Shown here piece by piece: positions 1-8,811 of a stretch of 64,000 nucleotides of DNA (its first letter is position 1; every line of letters starts with the position of its first letter). Under the pieces are notes generated by a model that searched no databases, was not told where the DNA came from, and was given only the letters and a program-made list of their open reading frames with translations. Made by a program: the position numbers and the translations under genes. The stretch comes from Bdellovibrio sp. Its GTDB lineage: Bacteria; Bdellovibrionota; Bdellovibrionia; Bdellovibrionales; Bdellovibrionaceae. The DNA lies in the NCBI GenBank assembly GCA_036676395.1, contig JAKFCY010000002.1, forward strand, positions 1,184,001 through 1,248,000. The letters are read 5' to 3'.

Positions 1-1218
1 TAATTTAATAAATTCAGGATATTTGCTCGCATCAATTTCCATGACCATATACTGAATGCCTGGACCAGCAACCGAAGCTTTTTCTTCAGCGAACACGATG
101 TAAGTGTGTTTTGATTTATTAAACTGGTCTACTTTTTCAAAAATCCAGGTTTGGTGCTCTTTAGAAAAAGCACTGCTGTGATCTAAACGGATTTCAGCTA
201 AATTCGGACCATAATAAGGAGCTTTAGAGTCAAAGTGCGTTTTCATCTGTTTATTAAGCGCAATGACTTCAGAACGTAATTGTTGCGCCTGCTGCGGAAT
301 TTCAATGTGGTTGATGCGCTCTGCCAGGTAAGCAGATGTTTCACGCGGAGCTGTGGCTATGACATGTGTAGCGATTGGTTCAGGGGTGGAGCTACTAACC
401 ATATTAATTGGGTTTGTCGCAATTCCCGTAGCTAGAATGATAAAGCCCATACCGATGGCAGCTTTCATGGGTTCTTTGAATAAGACTTTGAAGAAAACAT
501 CGCGGGCTCTGCGGTATTCAAAAACCAAACGAATTTTCGTCATTGAATTTGTGCGAAGTAATTGGCGTAGTTCATCTTTTTTGAAATACTCAAAAAACTT
601 AGCAAGTTTATCGATCTTTGTTAATAGTGGGCCATCAATGATAAGCGGAATTTTAATTTTTGCATTAATACCGGCACCTAAAATATCACCCAGTTCATAC
701 TCTGCTTTTTTAATTTTTACTTCGCTAGCTTTTAAAAAACCTTCAGCAACTTTTTTTGAACCCGTTCCTGTTGGCGTGCGCAAAGTGATTTTATCAACGA
801 TAAACTGGCTTTTCTCGGTCGACATTGATTTATAAGTCACTTCAAAGTAATAGCCATCTTTAGCCGGGATACCGATTGAAAGTTCACCTTTAGTTAAAAC
901 ATTTTTTTCTTCTAAGACATAAGATGAGTTTTGCAATAATAGACGCATCATCTCGATCGAGGCTTCTTCTGGTTTAGTTGAAAAACCCATTTCTTCAATA
1001 ACTAATTTTTCGACTACTTCAGAGTTCGTATGTCTTTTTAATTCTACACGATTTGAATTTGATTTAACTGGTTCAATAATAACAGGAATCTTGCGCGCGA
1101 CAGGTGCGGGTGCAGGCAATAACAAGATAGGTTCAAATAGCTGGCGGCAGCTATTGCCATAAGCAATCGATGAAGTGACGAAAGACAATGTGTATAAAAT
1201 GGCGACTAAGATTCTCAT
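1..1218 (-). CDS. Secreted hypothetical protein, >406 aa, 3' end beyond the window edge
   Basis: Not in the ORF track. I checked that the minus frame from ATG 1218 has no stop down to position 1. N-terminus MRILVAILYTLSFVTSSIAYG-NSCRQLFEP looks like a signal peptide; internal hydrophobic stretch AAIGMGFIILATGIA. Confidence 0.85.
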   Translation of the reverse strand, partial: MRILVAILYTLSFVTSSIAYGNSCRQLFEPILLLPAPAPVARKIPVIIEPVKSNSNRVELKRHTNSEVVEKLVIEEMGFSTKPEEASIEMMRLLLQNSSYVLEEKNVLTKGELSIGIPAKDGYYFEVTYKSMSTEKSQFIVDKITLRTPTGTGSKKVAEGFLKASEVKIKKAEYELGDILGAGINAKIKIPLIIDGPLLTKIDKLAKFFEYFKKDELRQLLRTNSMTKIRLVFEYRRARDVFFKVLFKEPMKAAIGMGFIILATGIATNPINMVSSSTPEPIATHVIATAPRETSAYLAERINHIEIPQQAQQLRSEVIALNKQMKTHFDSKAPYYGPNLAEIRLDHSSAFSKEHQTWIFEKVDQFNKSKHTYIVFAEEKASVAGPGIQYMVMEIDASKYPEFIKL

Positions 1219-1341
1219 ACCAGTTGGTATAATCAAGAAATGTACCGCCACGTCTGGTTATAGCTGGATTATATTGATTCTGAGTGTCTCATTTCGAGAG
1301 ACCGAGCGTGAAAAGGCACAGATTGATATGACACTGTCTAA

Positions 1342-2220
1342 TTATTTTTCACCCTCGTAACGGTAGCGTTCTAAGAACCACTCGACCCGGGTACGCATTT
1401 TGTCTGGAAATTCCACAAGGGTTGCATCAGTGATTTCGCCTTTAATAATTTGGGCCGCGTAGGCATCGCAAACTTCACCCAGCTTTTTATTCAGCTTTTT
1501 AAGAAAGTCGATTTGTTCATTATCGCCTTCATTTTTGTCGGCATTAAGTCTGACTTCGCCGCTCTTAAGTTCATGCTGAATTTGCATAAAACGTAAGATG
1601 TCGCGCATGTTCTTACGAACATCATGAAGCTCATCGACTTCCATTGTTCGTTTAGCCATAATTAAGCGTGTGTCTTTGATGATAGCTTCAAAGTAGGCTT
1701 TAACTGATTTTCTAGAAGCGGGCTTTATGTCTTTAAGTAAAGCTTCAAATTCAACATCTTTAAATTTTTTAATAAGTTTTTTTGCAGCTTGTTGCGCCTG
1801 GGCGCTTTCGCCGATATTTACCATGTCTTTAAGGTGACCAAAATCACGAACGAATTTGGCAAATTTATCAGGGCTTGCGTGGTCTTTACTTGAAGTCTGA
1901 AATACCGAACGTAAAAACGAAGTGTCTTGGCGAAATCTATTGATCTTCACTTTTTGCTCAGGCGTGATAACAGCTAGCCCTGTATAGCGAATGGTCATAA
2001 GAGTTGTTTTAAGATCTACTAAGTCAGCGTTAGCTAATAAGTTATAGTGAGCGGTCTCGAGAAAGCGCGCAGATTCTTTTTTGCCATTTAACGTGATAAT
2101 GAATTCTTTAACTTCATACTCTTTCGGCTCAAATAGGTTTCTGCAAGCTAATGCCTGAGCATTTACCTTAAGAGATACCAGCGTTAAAATCAGAATGAAA
2201 AAAGTTTTACATACGTTCAT
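1342..2220 (-). CDS. CHAD-domain (polyphosphate-binding)-like protein with N-terminal signal peptide
   Basis: Two CHAD-like half repeats: INRFRQDTSFLRSVF...FVRDFGHLKD and ELHDVRKNMRDILRF...LKKLNKKLGEVCD. N-terminus MNVCKTFFILILTLVSLKVNAQA. Confidence 0.65.
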   Translation of the reverse strand: MNVCKTFFILILTLVSLKVNAQALACRNLFEPKEYEVKEFIITLNGKKESARFLETAHYNLLANADLVDLKTTLMTIRYTGLAVITPEQKVKINRFRQDTSFLRSVFQTSSKDHASPDKFAKFVRDFGHLKDMVNIGESAQAQQAAKKLIKKFKDVEFEALLKDIKPASRKSVKAYFEAIIKDTRLIMAKRTMEVDELHDVRKNMRDILRFMQIQHELKSGEVRLNADKNEGDNEQIDFLKKLNKKLGEVCDAYAAQIIKGEITDATLVEFPDKMRTRVEWFLERYRYEGEK

Positions 2221-2302
2221 CGTTAGAGAATATAACGGTTTCGCACTGTTGATTTCAACTGTAATGATTCTGACAGTGAGTTGTCGAACTTATGATGGTT
2301 TT

Positions 2303-2334
2303 AAAAAACTAAGGCCACTCGAGGCGGCCTTAGT
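2303..2334 (-). terminator. Rho-independent terminator downstream of the 2366-2734 gene
   Basis: Stem ACTAAGGCC (2308-2316) / GGCCTTAGT (2326-2334); the A-run at 2303-2308 reads as a U-tract on the minus strand. Confidence 0.75.
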
Positions 2335-2365
2335 AACACTTTTTGTCTAAATTAAGATTTTAAAA

Positions 2366-2734
2366 TTAGTAAGTATCTAAATCGTAAGACTGGCATTTGA
2401 TGGTAGAAACTGTCGCTTCGCAAGTAGTATTGATGGTTCCATCTCTCCAGCATTTTGTTAATACGTTGTTACGAACATGTGAAACAGTTTGCATGTAGAT
2501 TGAATCACTTGCGTAGAACACGAAGTACGTTGCTGCATTTGTGCATTTTAGTGTAGCCATTTTTTCGTCGGCGTTGTCTTGAGAAGTTTCGCATTGAAAT
2601 GCTGAAGACTGCGTGTTTAAAGCTTTTAAAAAACTTGGGCTAACGTCTTTCCAGTTACAGTTCGAGCCGGCCGCTGCAAAAGTCGTAACTTGTAAGAAAA
2701 TAATGATAGCTAAAATAACGCCCGCTCTGAACAT
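2366..2734 (-). CDS. Small secreted Cys-rich hypothetical protein
   Basis: Start moved to ATG 2734 (MFRAGVILAIIIFLQVTTFAAA), which has CAGGAG upstream; six Cys in the mature part. Confidence 0.75.
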   Translation of the reverse strand: MFRAGVILAIIIFLQVTTFAAAGSNCNWKDVSPSFLKALNTQSSAFQCETSQDNADEKMATLKCTNAATYFVFYASDSIYMQTVSHVRNNVLTKCWRDGTINTTCEATVSTIKCQSYDLDTY

Positions 2735-2936
2735 GAGAATCTCCTGCTTGATCTTTGAGTTCAATATTTTGAATGGTTGAGGTGATAGCTTAACGAGCGG
2801 ATATTGTTGAGCTATTGTTTAAGGGGGGCTCAGAATCGTGAAGATTTTGCAAGGGCACCAGGGGCGGTTTAAATCGATCTTAAAGGGGAGGGTTGGTCTG
2901 GCCGAGAGCAAAAAATAGGCACCATTGATTTCAGCC

Positions 2937-2965
2937 TTGCCACCTGGGTGGCCATAGTCTAATTT
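2937..2965 (+). promoter_or_regulatory. Putative sigma70 promoter of rpmI-rplT
   Basis: TTGCCA (2937-2942), 17 nt spacer, TAATTT (2960-2965). Confidence 0.45.
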
Positions 2966-2968
2966 AAC

Positions 2969-3047
2969 CCTTCAAATTAAGGCTAACAGTTGAGCTATCA
3001 AGTAAACTGAATATTTCAGTTTCGCCCTGTTGGAGGAAGGTTAGACT
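2969..3047 (+). promoter_or_regulatory. Structured 5' leader of rpmI-rplT (possible L20-responsive leader)
   Basis: Nested complementarity: CCTTC/GAAGG, CTAACAG/CTGTTGG, AAACTGAA/TTCAGTTT, abutting the GGAGG RBS. Confidence 0.4.
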
Positions 3048-3242
3048 ATGTCTAAAATGAAAACGCACTCTGGTGCAAAAAAACGCATGCGCGTTCTACC
3101 GTCTGGTAAAGTTAAGCGCAAACAAACAAAAATGCGTCACTTAAACTCACACATGAGTTCAAAAACTAAACGTCATTTAGGCCAAACGGTTTTGGTTGCT
3201 GACTCTAACATGCTTCAAGTGAAGCGCCAATTCGGTTTCTAA
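3048..3242 (+). CDS. rpmI: 50S ribosomal protein L35
   Basis: MSKMKTHSGAKKR, 64 aa, basic, upstream of L20; GGAGG RBS. Confidence 0.97.
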   Translation: MSKMKTHSGAKKRMRVLPSGKVKRKQTKMRHLNSHMSSKTKRHLGQTVLVADSNMLQVKRQFGF

Positions 3243-3254
3243 GAGGAGTAGCTC

Positions 3255-3602
3255 ATGGCACGTGTAAAATCGGGGATGACTAATCGTCGTCGCCACAAAA
3301 AAGTTTTAAAAAGAACAAAAGGTTACTATTCAGCGGGTTCACGCTCATACACTCACGCGGTTGAAAAAAATGACCGTGGTATGGTGTTCGCTTATAAACA
3401 CAGAAAAATGAAAAAACGTAACTTCCGTATGCTTTGGACACAAAGAATCAATGCGGCAGCTCGTTTAAACGGTACAACGTACTCTCGCTTAATCGGTGGA
3501 TTAATCAAAGCGGGCATTACTTTAGATCGTAAAGTTTTATCTGATATCGCTATCACTGATGCAGCGGCATTCACTGCTTTGTGTCAGCACGCGATCAAAT
3601 AG
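3255..3602 (+). CDS. rplT: 50S ribosomal protein L20
   Basis: MARVK...KKRNFRMLWTQRINAAAR...LDRKVLSDIA. Confidence 0.98.
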   Translation: MARVKSGMTNRRRHKKVLKRTKGYYSAGSRSYTHAVEKNDRGMVFAYKHRKMKKRNFRMLWTQRINAAARLNGTTYSRLIGGLIKAGITLDRKVLSDIAITDAAAFTALCQHAIK

Positions 3603-3649
3603 TCTAATTTCTTATTAGATGTCGCTACGAAGTGGCGCAAAATATTTGC

Positions 3650-3680
3650 AAAAGGCGAGAGAAATCTCGCCTTTTTTTTT
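3650..3680 (+). terminator. Rho-independent terminator of rpmI-rplT
   Basis: AAAAGGCGAGA-GAAA-TCTCGCC followed by a T9 run. Confidence 0.9.
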
Positions 3681-3701
3681 ACTTAGGACTACTCTCTCAA
3701 C

Positions 3702-4763
3702 ATGTCTGCAAATTACTCTGATAAACATGCCGCATTTGAGCAACGCAAGAAAGCTCACATTGATCTGTCTCTCGATCCGAGAACTCAAGGAAAGACAGCG
3801 TCGCATTTTGATAAAATCAAATTAATCCATGAAGCGCTTCCAGAAATTAATTTATCTGACGTTACTTTAGAAACTAAACTTTTAGGCTTTCAATTTTCAT
3901 CTCCACACTTTGTCAGTTCAATGACTGCCGGTCATCAGAACAGCAAAGTGATTAATATGCGTTTAGCAAAGGCGGCTGCCCAAAATAATTGGTTAATGGC
4001 CGTAGGTTCACAGCGTCGTGAACTTTCTGATTCGCAAGCCTCATTCGAATGGCAAGTCATTAAATCAGCGTCACCGCAAACACAGTTTGTTTCAAACATC
4101 GGTCTTGAAGAGTTAATTCAACAACCGGTTTCTGAAATTTTAAAATTAACTGAATCTGTTGAAGCTCTTGGAATTTATGTGCACTTAAATCCCTTGCAAG
4201 AAGCTTTTCAAAACAAAGACCAAGCGAATTTTAAAAATGGCTTAGCGGCGATTAAAAAACTCTGCAAAGCATCTCCGGTTCCAGTTCTTGTGAAAGAAGT
4301 GGGCTACGGCATTTCAAAAACGACGGCGCAAAAATTATTGTTAGCTGGTGTTGAAGTGATTGATGTAGCTGGTAAAGGTGGAACTCATTGGGGTTTACTT
4401 GAAGGCTTACGTGATCAATCACAAGCGGGGTTATTGGCTGATTCAAGTCTTGCGTTTAAAGACTGGGGTTTTAGTGCCGTTGAAAGTTTGATCCAGTGTA
4501 AAACCTTAACGAAGAAAAATTCGTTCTGGGCTTCAGGTGGAATTCGTTCTGGTGTTGATTCAGCAAAGTGTTTAGCTTTAGGAGCGCGTGCAGTAGGTGT
4601 AGCGCAACCGTTAATGAAGGCGGCCATAGAATCTGACCAACATGTATTAGATGTTATGAATCGTTTTGATTACGAATTAAAAGTGGCTCTGTTTGGAGTC
4701 GGTGTCGCTGAACTTAAAGACTTAGCGAAAAAAAAGGTTTGTTATGTTAACGGAACTATTTAA
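3702..4763 (+). CDS. fni: Type 2 (FMN-dependent) isopentenyl-diphosphate isomerase
   Basis: RKKAHI, SSMTAG, GSQR, HLNPLQE, VKEVG, SGGIR motifs; first gene of a mevalonate cluster. Confidence 0.95.
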   Translation: MSANYSDKHAAFEQRKKAHIDLSLDPRTQGKTASHFDKIKLIHEALPEINLSDVTLETKLLGFQFSSPHFVSSMTAGHQNSKVINMRLAKAAAQNNWLMAVGSQRRELSDSQASFEWQVIKSASPQTQFVSNIGLEELIQQPVSEILKLTESVEALGIYVHLNPLQEAFQNKDQANFKNGLAAIKKLCKASPVPVLVKEVGYGISKTTAQKLLLAGVEVIDVAGKGGTHWGLLEGLRDQSQAGLLADSSLAFKDWGFSAVESLIQCKTLTKKNSFWASGGIRSGVDSAKCLALGARAVGVAQPLMKAAIESDQHVLDVMNRFDYELKVALFGVGVAELKDLAKKKVCYVNGTI

Positions 4764-6024
4764 AGGTTTTTCTAAACTGAATTATACCGAGCGTTTACAG
4801 GCTTTGAAAAAGGCTAGTGTATTAAACGCGGATGAAATTTCTTATTTAGCCAACGGTGGCTTACAAACTATCGATCTTGGCGAAAAATTTATCGAAAATG
4901 TTCTAGGTTATTTTCAAATCCCAATGGGAGTTGCTACAAATTTTAATGTCGACGGAAAAGACTTTCTTATTCCGATGGCAGTTGAAGAAACATCAATCGT
5001 AGCAGCAGCCAGTAAAACAGCTAAATGGGTGCGCGAGCATGGCACCATCACAACTGAAGTGATCGGCAATCAAATCATCGGTCAAATTCAATTTGCTAAA
5101 CTTAAAAGTCCTGAAGATTTTAAAAAACAAATCTTGCAGCAAAAAACTTATTTAATTGATCTGGCAAATCGCGAAGTCGCTTTTGGTTTGGTTAATCGTG
5201 GCGGCGGAGTTAATGATTTAACAGTTCGTATTATTGACCGCGAAGATGGTTATTACATGGGTGTGGTGCATATCTTAATGGATCCTTGTGATGCCATGGG
5301 TGCAAATATCATCAATCAAGTTTGCGAGTATTTAAAACAACCTCTAGAGCAATTTACTTCTGAAAAAGTAACAATGTGTATTTTGTCTAACTTAGTTGAT
5401 ACGAAATTAACTAAAGCTACAGTACGTATGAGTCATGTCGATCCAGAGTTAGCTCTTAAAATCGAAGAAGCTTCGCGCTTTGCAGAGCTTGATCCTTATC
5501 GTGCAGCTACAAATAATAAAGGTGTATTGAACGGGATTGACCCGATCCTAATCGCCACAGGTAATGACTGGAGAGCCGTCGAGGCGGGAATCCATGCTTT
5601 TGCTGCTCGTGAAGGTCGTTATAAATCAATCACTAAATGGAGAGCCGCTGGCACTGAATTAGTGGGTGAGTTTGTTGCACCGTTAGTGGTTGGAACTGTA
5701 GGTGGCGTAACAGCACTTCACCCAACAGCTAAAATTGGTTTAAAAATCTTAAATGTAAATTCAGCATCTGAATTATCACGTATTATTGCCTCTGTAGGTT
5801 TAGTGCAAAACTTAGGTGCGCTTCGTGCTTTGACAACTGTTGGAATCATCGAAGGCCATATGAAATTGCACATTAAGAATTTATCTTTAGGTGCAGGCGC
5901 AACCGATACCGAAATGCCTTTTGTTGTTAAAAAATTAGAAGAGATTCTTGCTTTAAGAAAACGAATTTCTTTGGCCAACGCCGTAGAAGTTTTAAATGAC
6001 ATCAGAAAAAAATCTCAAATTTAG
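4744..6024 (+). CDS. mvaA: Class II HMG-CoA reductase
   Basis: IENVLG, PMAVEETSIVAAAS, DAMGAN, RAATNNKG, GNDWRA, GHMKLH. Confidence 0.95.
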   Translation: MLTELFKGFSKLNYTERLQALKKASVLNADEISYLANGGLQTIDLGEKFIENVLGYFQIPMGVATNFNVDGKDFLIPMAVEETSIVAAASKTAKWVREHGTITTEVIGNQIIGQIQFAKLKSPEDFKKQILQQKTYLIDLANREVAFGLVNRGGGVNDLTVRIIDREDGYYMGVVHILMDPCDAMGANIINQVCEYLKQPLEQFTSEKVTMCILSNLVDTKLTKATVRMSHVDPELALKIEEASRFAELDPYRAATNNKGVLNGIDPILIATGNDWRAVEAGIHAFAAREGRYKSITKWRAAGTELVGEFVAPLVVGTVGGVTALHPTAKIGLKILNVNSASELSRIIASVGLVQNLGALRALTTVGIIEGHMKLHIKNLSLGAGATDTEMPFVVKKLEEILALRKRISLANAVEVLNDIRKKSQI

Positions 6025-6868
6025 TGTTCCTGGAAAAACCTTTTTAGTCGGCGAGTACGCAGTACTTGCTGGGGGCTCTTGTTTAGGTCTTGGAACTAGC
6101 CCAAGCTTTTCAATCGTACCCAATGCCAATGGTAATCCGTTTCATCCAGAGAGCCCAGCAGGGCGTTACCTGCACAAAAAAAGCATCGAAAATTTTGCTC
6201 ACGATTTTATAAACCCATATGGTGTGGGTGGTTTTGGCGCAAGCACAGCTGAATTTATTTTTAGTTATTATGCAAATCCAAATGCCGTTAAAAAACTTTC
6301 TGATATTTTTGAAAATTACCTGGGCTTATACACTGATCACAAAGAACAAAAGCCAAGCGGAGCTGATCTGATCACGCAATTAATCGGTGGCATTAGCCAT
6401 ATTGATTTATCGACTGCTGTGCCTAAGTTTGAAAAGTTAAGCTGGGGTTTTAATGATCTAGAATTTTTACTTTTTTCGACAGGATTAAAAGTTAAAACTC
6501 ATGAGCATTTAGCCGGGCTTGATCGCCATCTTTGTGCTGATTTAGTGAAGCCAAGCCATGATGTTATTGAAGCTTATAAAACTAACGATGGCCAAACTTT
6601 TACAGAGGCCTTGTCCACATGGAGCGATAAACTTGAGCATATGGGCTTAACCGCAAAACCCGTAGTTGCGCTTAAGCAGCTCTTGCAGCAGCAAATTCCA
6701 GGTATTTTAGTAAAGCCTTGCGGGGCCTTAGGCGCTGATGTGATTGTTATTCTGTGTTCAAAAACACGAAAAAAGCACGTTTTAGAGCAAATTCAGTTGT
6801 TAAATATATCTGGGTTGAGTTTCAAGGCGGATTCATCGCATTTAACAAATGGTCCTTTGTCAATTTAG
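5996..6868 (+). CDS. GHMP kinase, probable phosphomevalonate kinase
   Basis: PGKTFLVGEYAVL, GFGASTA, PSGAD, KPCGALGAD; position in the mevalonate cluster. Confidence 0.75.
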   Translation: MTSEKNLKFSVPGKTFLVGEYAVLAGGSCLGLGTSPSFSIVPNANGNPFHPESPAGRYLHKKSIENFAHDFINPYGVGGFGASTAEFIFSYYANPNAVKKLSDIFENYLGLYTDHKEQKPSGADLITQLIGGISHIDLSTAVPKFEKLSWGFNDLEFLLFSTGLKVKTHEHLAGLDRHLCADLVKPSHDVIEAYKTNDGQTFTEALSTWSDKLEHMGLTAKPVVALKQLLQQQIPGILVKPCGALGADVIVILCSKTRKKHVLEQIQLLNISGLSFKADSSHLTNGPLSI

Positions 6869-6885
6869 CGGCCTTTTGCTAGTAT
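6857..6885 (+). promoter_or_regulatory. Putative internal sigma70 promoter before mvaD
   Basis: TTGTCA (6857-6862), 17 nt spacer, TAGTAT (6880-6885) preceded by TG; ATG 9 nt later with no SD. Confidence 0.5.
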
Positions 6886-6894
6886 TTTTCTCTT

Positions 6895-7890
6895 ATGTCG
6901 AACACGCAAATTTCTTCGAATATATGGTTTGAAGCCAGCGCGCCTTCTAATATTGCGCTGATCAAGTATATGGGTAAAACCGATACGGTAAATAATCGTC
7001 CAACGAATTCGTCGTTATCTTGGACCTTAAATAATTTGCGCACGTTTGTTCGTATTAAACAAAATAGCGAATTAACTTCTGATCAATGGCAGCCACTAAA
7101 ACGTAATGATTTACTTCCGATTGAATTGTCAGAAAAAGGCCGTCAAAAATTCTTAGATTTTTTTGCTAAACTTAAAACTGAATTTAAATTAACTGGTTTT
7201 TTTGAAATTGAATCAGCTAATAATTTTCCGTCTGATTGTGGCCTTGCCAGTTCGGCCAGTAGTTTTGCGGCATTGACTCAAGGCGCACATCAATACGCAG
7301 GTGCGCGGTACTTACCAAAAGAGCTTGCTAGAATTTCTCAGCGTGGTTCTGGATCTTCATGCCGTTCATTTTTTTCGCCGTGGGCCTTATGGCATGAGCA
7401 AGGTGCTGAAGAGATTCAGATGCCGATCAAAGAACTAAAACACATGGTTATTTTGTGTGATGAAACTAAAAAATCAGTTTCTTCAAGCCAAGCTCATGTT
7501 CAGGTTTTAACTTCTGATTTATTTAAAGGCCGCCCAGAACGTGCTGCTGATCGTTTACAAAAATTAATTACGGCCCTTCGTAAACCCGAAACAGAATGGA
7601 AAAACATTTTTCAAATCTGCTGGAACGAATTCTGGGATATGCACACACTATTTCATACATCTGTGCCTGCGTTTATGTATTTAAACGGGGCTGGATTCGC
7701 GGCGCTTTCTGAAATTTTAGAGATGTGGCAAAAAGACGGTGATGGGCCAATTGTTACAATGGATGCCGGAAGCAATATTCATTTATTGTTCAGAACTAAC
7801 CAGCCAGGCAGTTATACAAAATATTTAAATCATTTTAATGCTCAGTTTAACCTTTGGACCGATGACGGTTATCAAAACCGTAAAGACTAA
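6895..7890 (+). CDS. mvaD: Diphosphomevalonate decarboxylase
   Basis: APSNIALIKYMGK, GLASSASSFAAL, RGSGSSCRS, TMDAGSNIH. Confidence 0.95.
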   Translation: MSNTQISSNIWFEASAPSNIALIKYMGKTDTVNNRPTNSSLSWTLNNLRTFVRIKQNSELTSDQWQPLKRNDLLPIELSEKGRQKFLDFFAKLKTEFKLTGFFEIESANNFPSDCGLASSASSFAALTQGAHQYAGARYLPKELARISQRGSGSSCRSFFSPWALWHEQGAEEIQMPIKELKHMVILCDETKKSVSSSQAHVQVLTSDLFKGRPERAADRLQKLITALRKPETEWKNIFQICWNEFWDMHTLFHTSVPAFMYLNGAGFAALSEILEMWQKDGDGPIVTMDAGSNIHLLFRTNQPGSYTKYLNHFNAQFNLWTDDGYQNRKD

Positions 7891-7892
7891 TC

Positions 7893-8798
7893 ATGGCTGA
7901 AAGTTTTGAAACACTGAAATCAGATTGGTCAGTACAGGTGCCAGGTAAATGGATCTTGGCCGGTGAACACGCGGTCTTACGCGGAAGCCAGGCGATTGTG
8001 TTTCCGTTAAAATCAAGATTCTTAAGTTTAAGTTATTTCAATAAAGATTCAGAATTTAAAATTTTAATCGCCGGCCTATGTGCTTCAGACCTTGAAATGA
8101 TTATTTGGTCTGTCGTTGAGCGCGCCCTAGGTGAATTACAGCTAAAGCGCTCTGACCTTAAGGGTGAACTTAAAATCTATTCGCATATTCAATTTGGCGC
8201 AGGTATGGGGGCTTCGGCTACTTTAGCTGTAGGGCTTACTTTGTTTTTTCAACATTTAGGTGTTTTAAAAACTGATCCATTTTTATTTGCTAAAAAAATT
8301 GAAGATTTATTTCACGGCGAAAGCAGTGGGGTCGATGTAGCTGTTGCGCTTCATCAAAAGCCAATGATTTTTGAAAAGAATAAAGAAAACATTTTCTTTG
8401 ATTTAAAAAATCTTCCGCTTCTGTATTTGTCGTACACCGGTCAGCGTGGCGTCACTAAAGACTGTGTTAATAAGGTCAAAGATCTTATCCTCGAAAAACC
8501 AGAGCATGCTAATGCGGTTGATGAGCGTATGAAAAAAGTTGTGCAAGATTTTATTTCATCTCGCTTTGAATGGACTGAGCAAGAATGGATTGAACATTTG
8601 AATTTAGCCCAGAGCTGTTTTGAAAGCTGGGATCTGGTGCCAACGATCGTTGAACAGCATATGTTAAAATTAAAAAAAGCAGGCGCATTGGCCTGCAAAT
8701 TAACTGGCTCAGGCAGCGGTGGCTACGTTTTAAGTTTATGGAGCCATAAACCTGCTGAGTCTGAATTGAACTCTGAACTTATCCCTGTATTTCTATAA
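7893..8798 (+). CDS. mvk: Mevalonate kinase
   Basis: PGKWILAGEHAV, GAGMGASA, FHGESSGVD, KLTGSGSGG. Confidence 0.88.
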   Translation: MAESFETLKSDWSVQVPGKWILAGEHAVLRGSQAIVFPLKSRFLSLSYFNKDSEFKILIAGLCASDLEMIIWSVVERALGELQLKRSDLKGELKIYSHIQFGAGMGASATLAVGLTLFFQHLGVLKTDPFLFAKKIEDLFHGESSGVDVAVALHQKPMIFEKNKENIFFDLKNLPLLYLSYTGQRGVTKDCVNKVKDLILEKPEHANAVDERMKKVVQDFISSRFEWTEQEWIEHLNLAQSCFESWDLVPTIVEQHMLKLKKAGALACKLTGSGSGGYVLSLWSHKPAESELNSELIPVFL

Positions 8799-8811
8799 TT
8801 GGATTTAAAAT

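Noticed and set aside
353..835. 160-aa plus-strand ORF
   Set aside because: Antisense shadow of the longer minus-strand gene 1-1218.
1175..1360. 61-aa plus-strand ORF
   Set aside because: Overlaps the ends of two minus-strand genes; no RBS or recognisable features.
3615..3825. Short ORFs on both strands between rplT and fni
   Set aside because: They cross a clear terminator and overlap fni.
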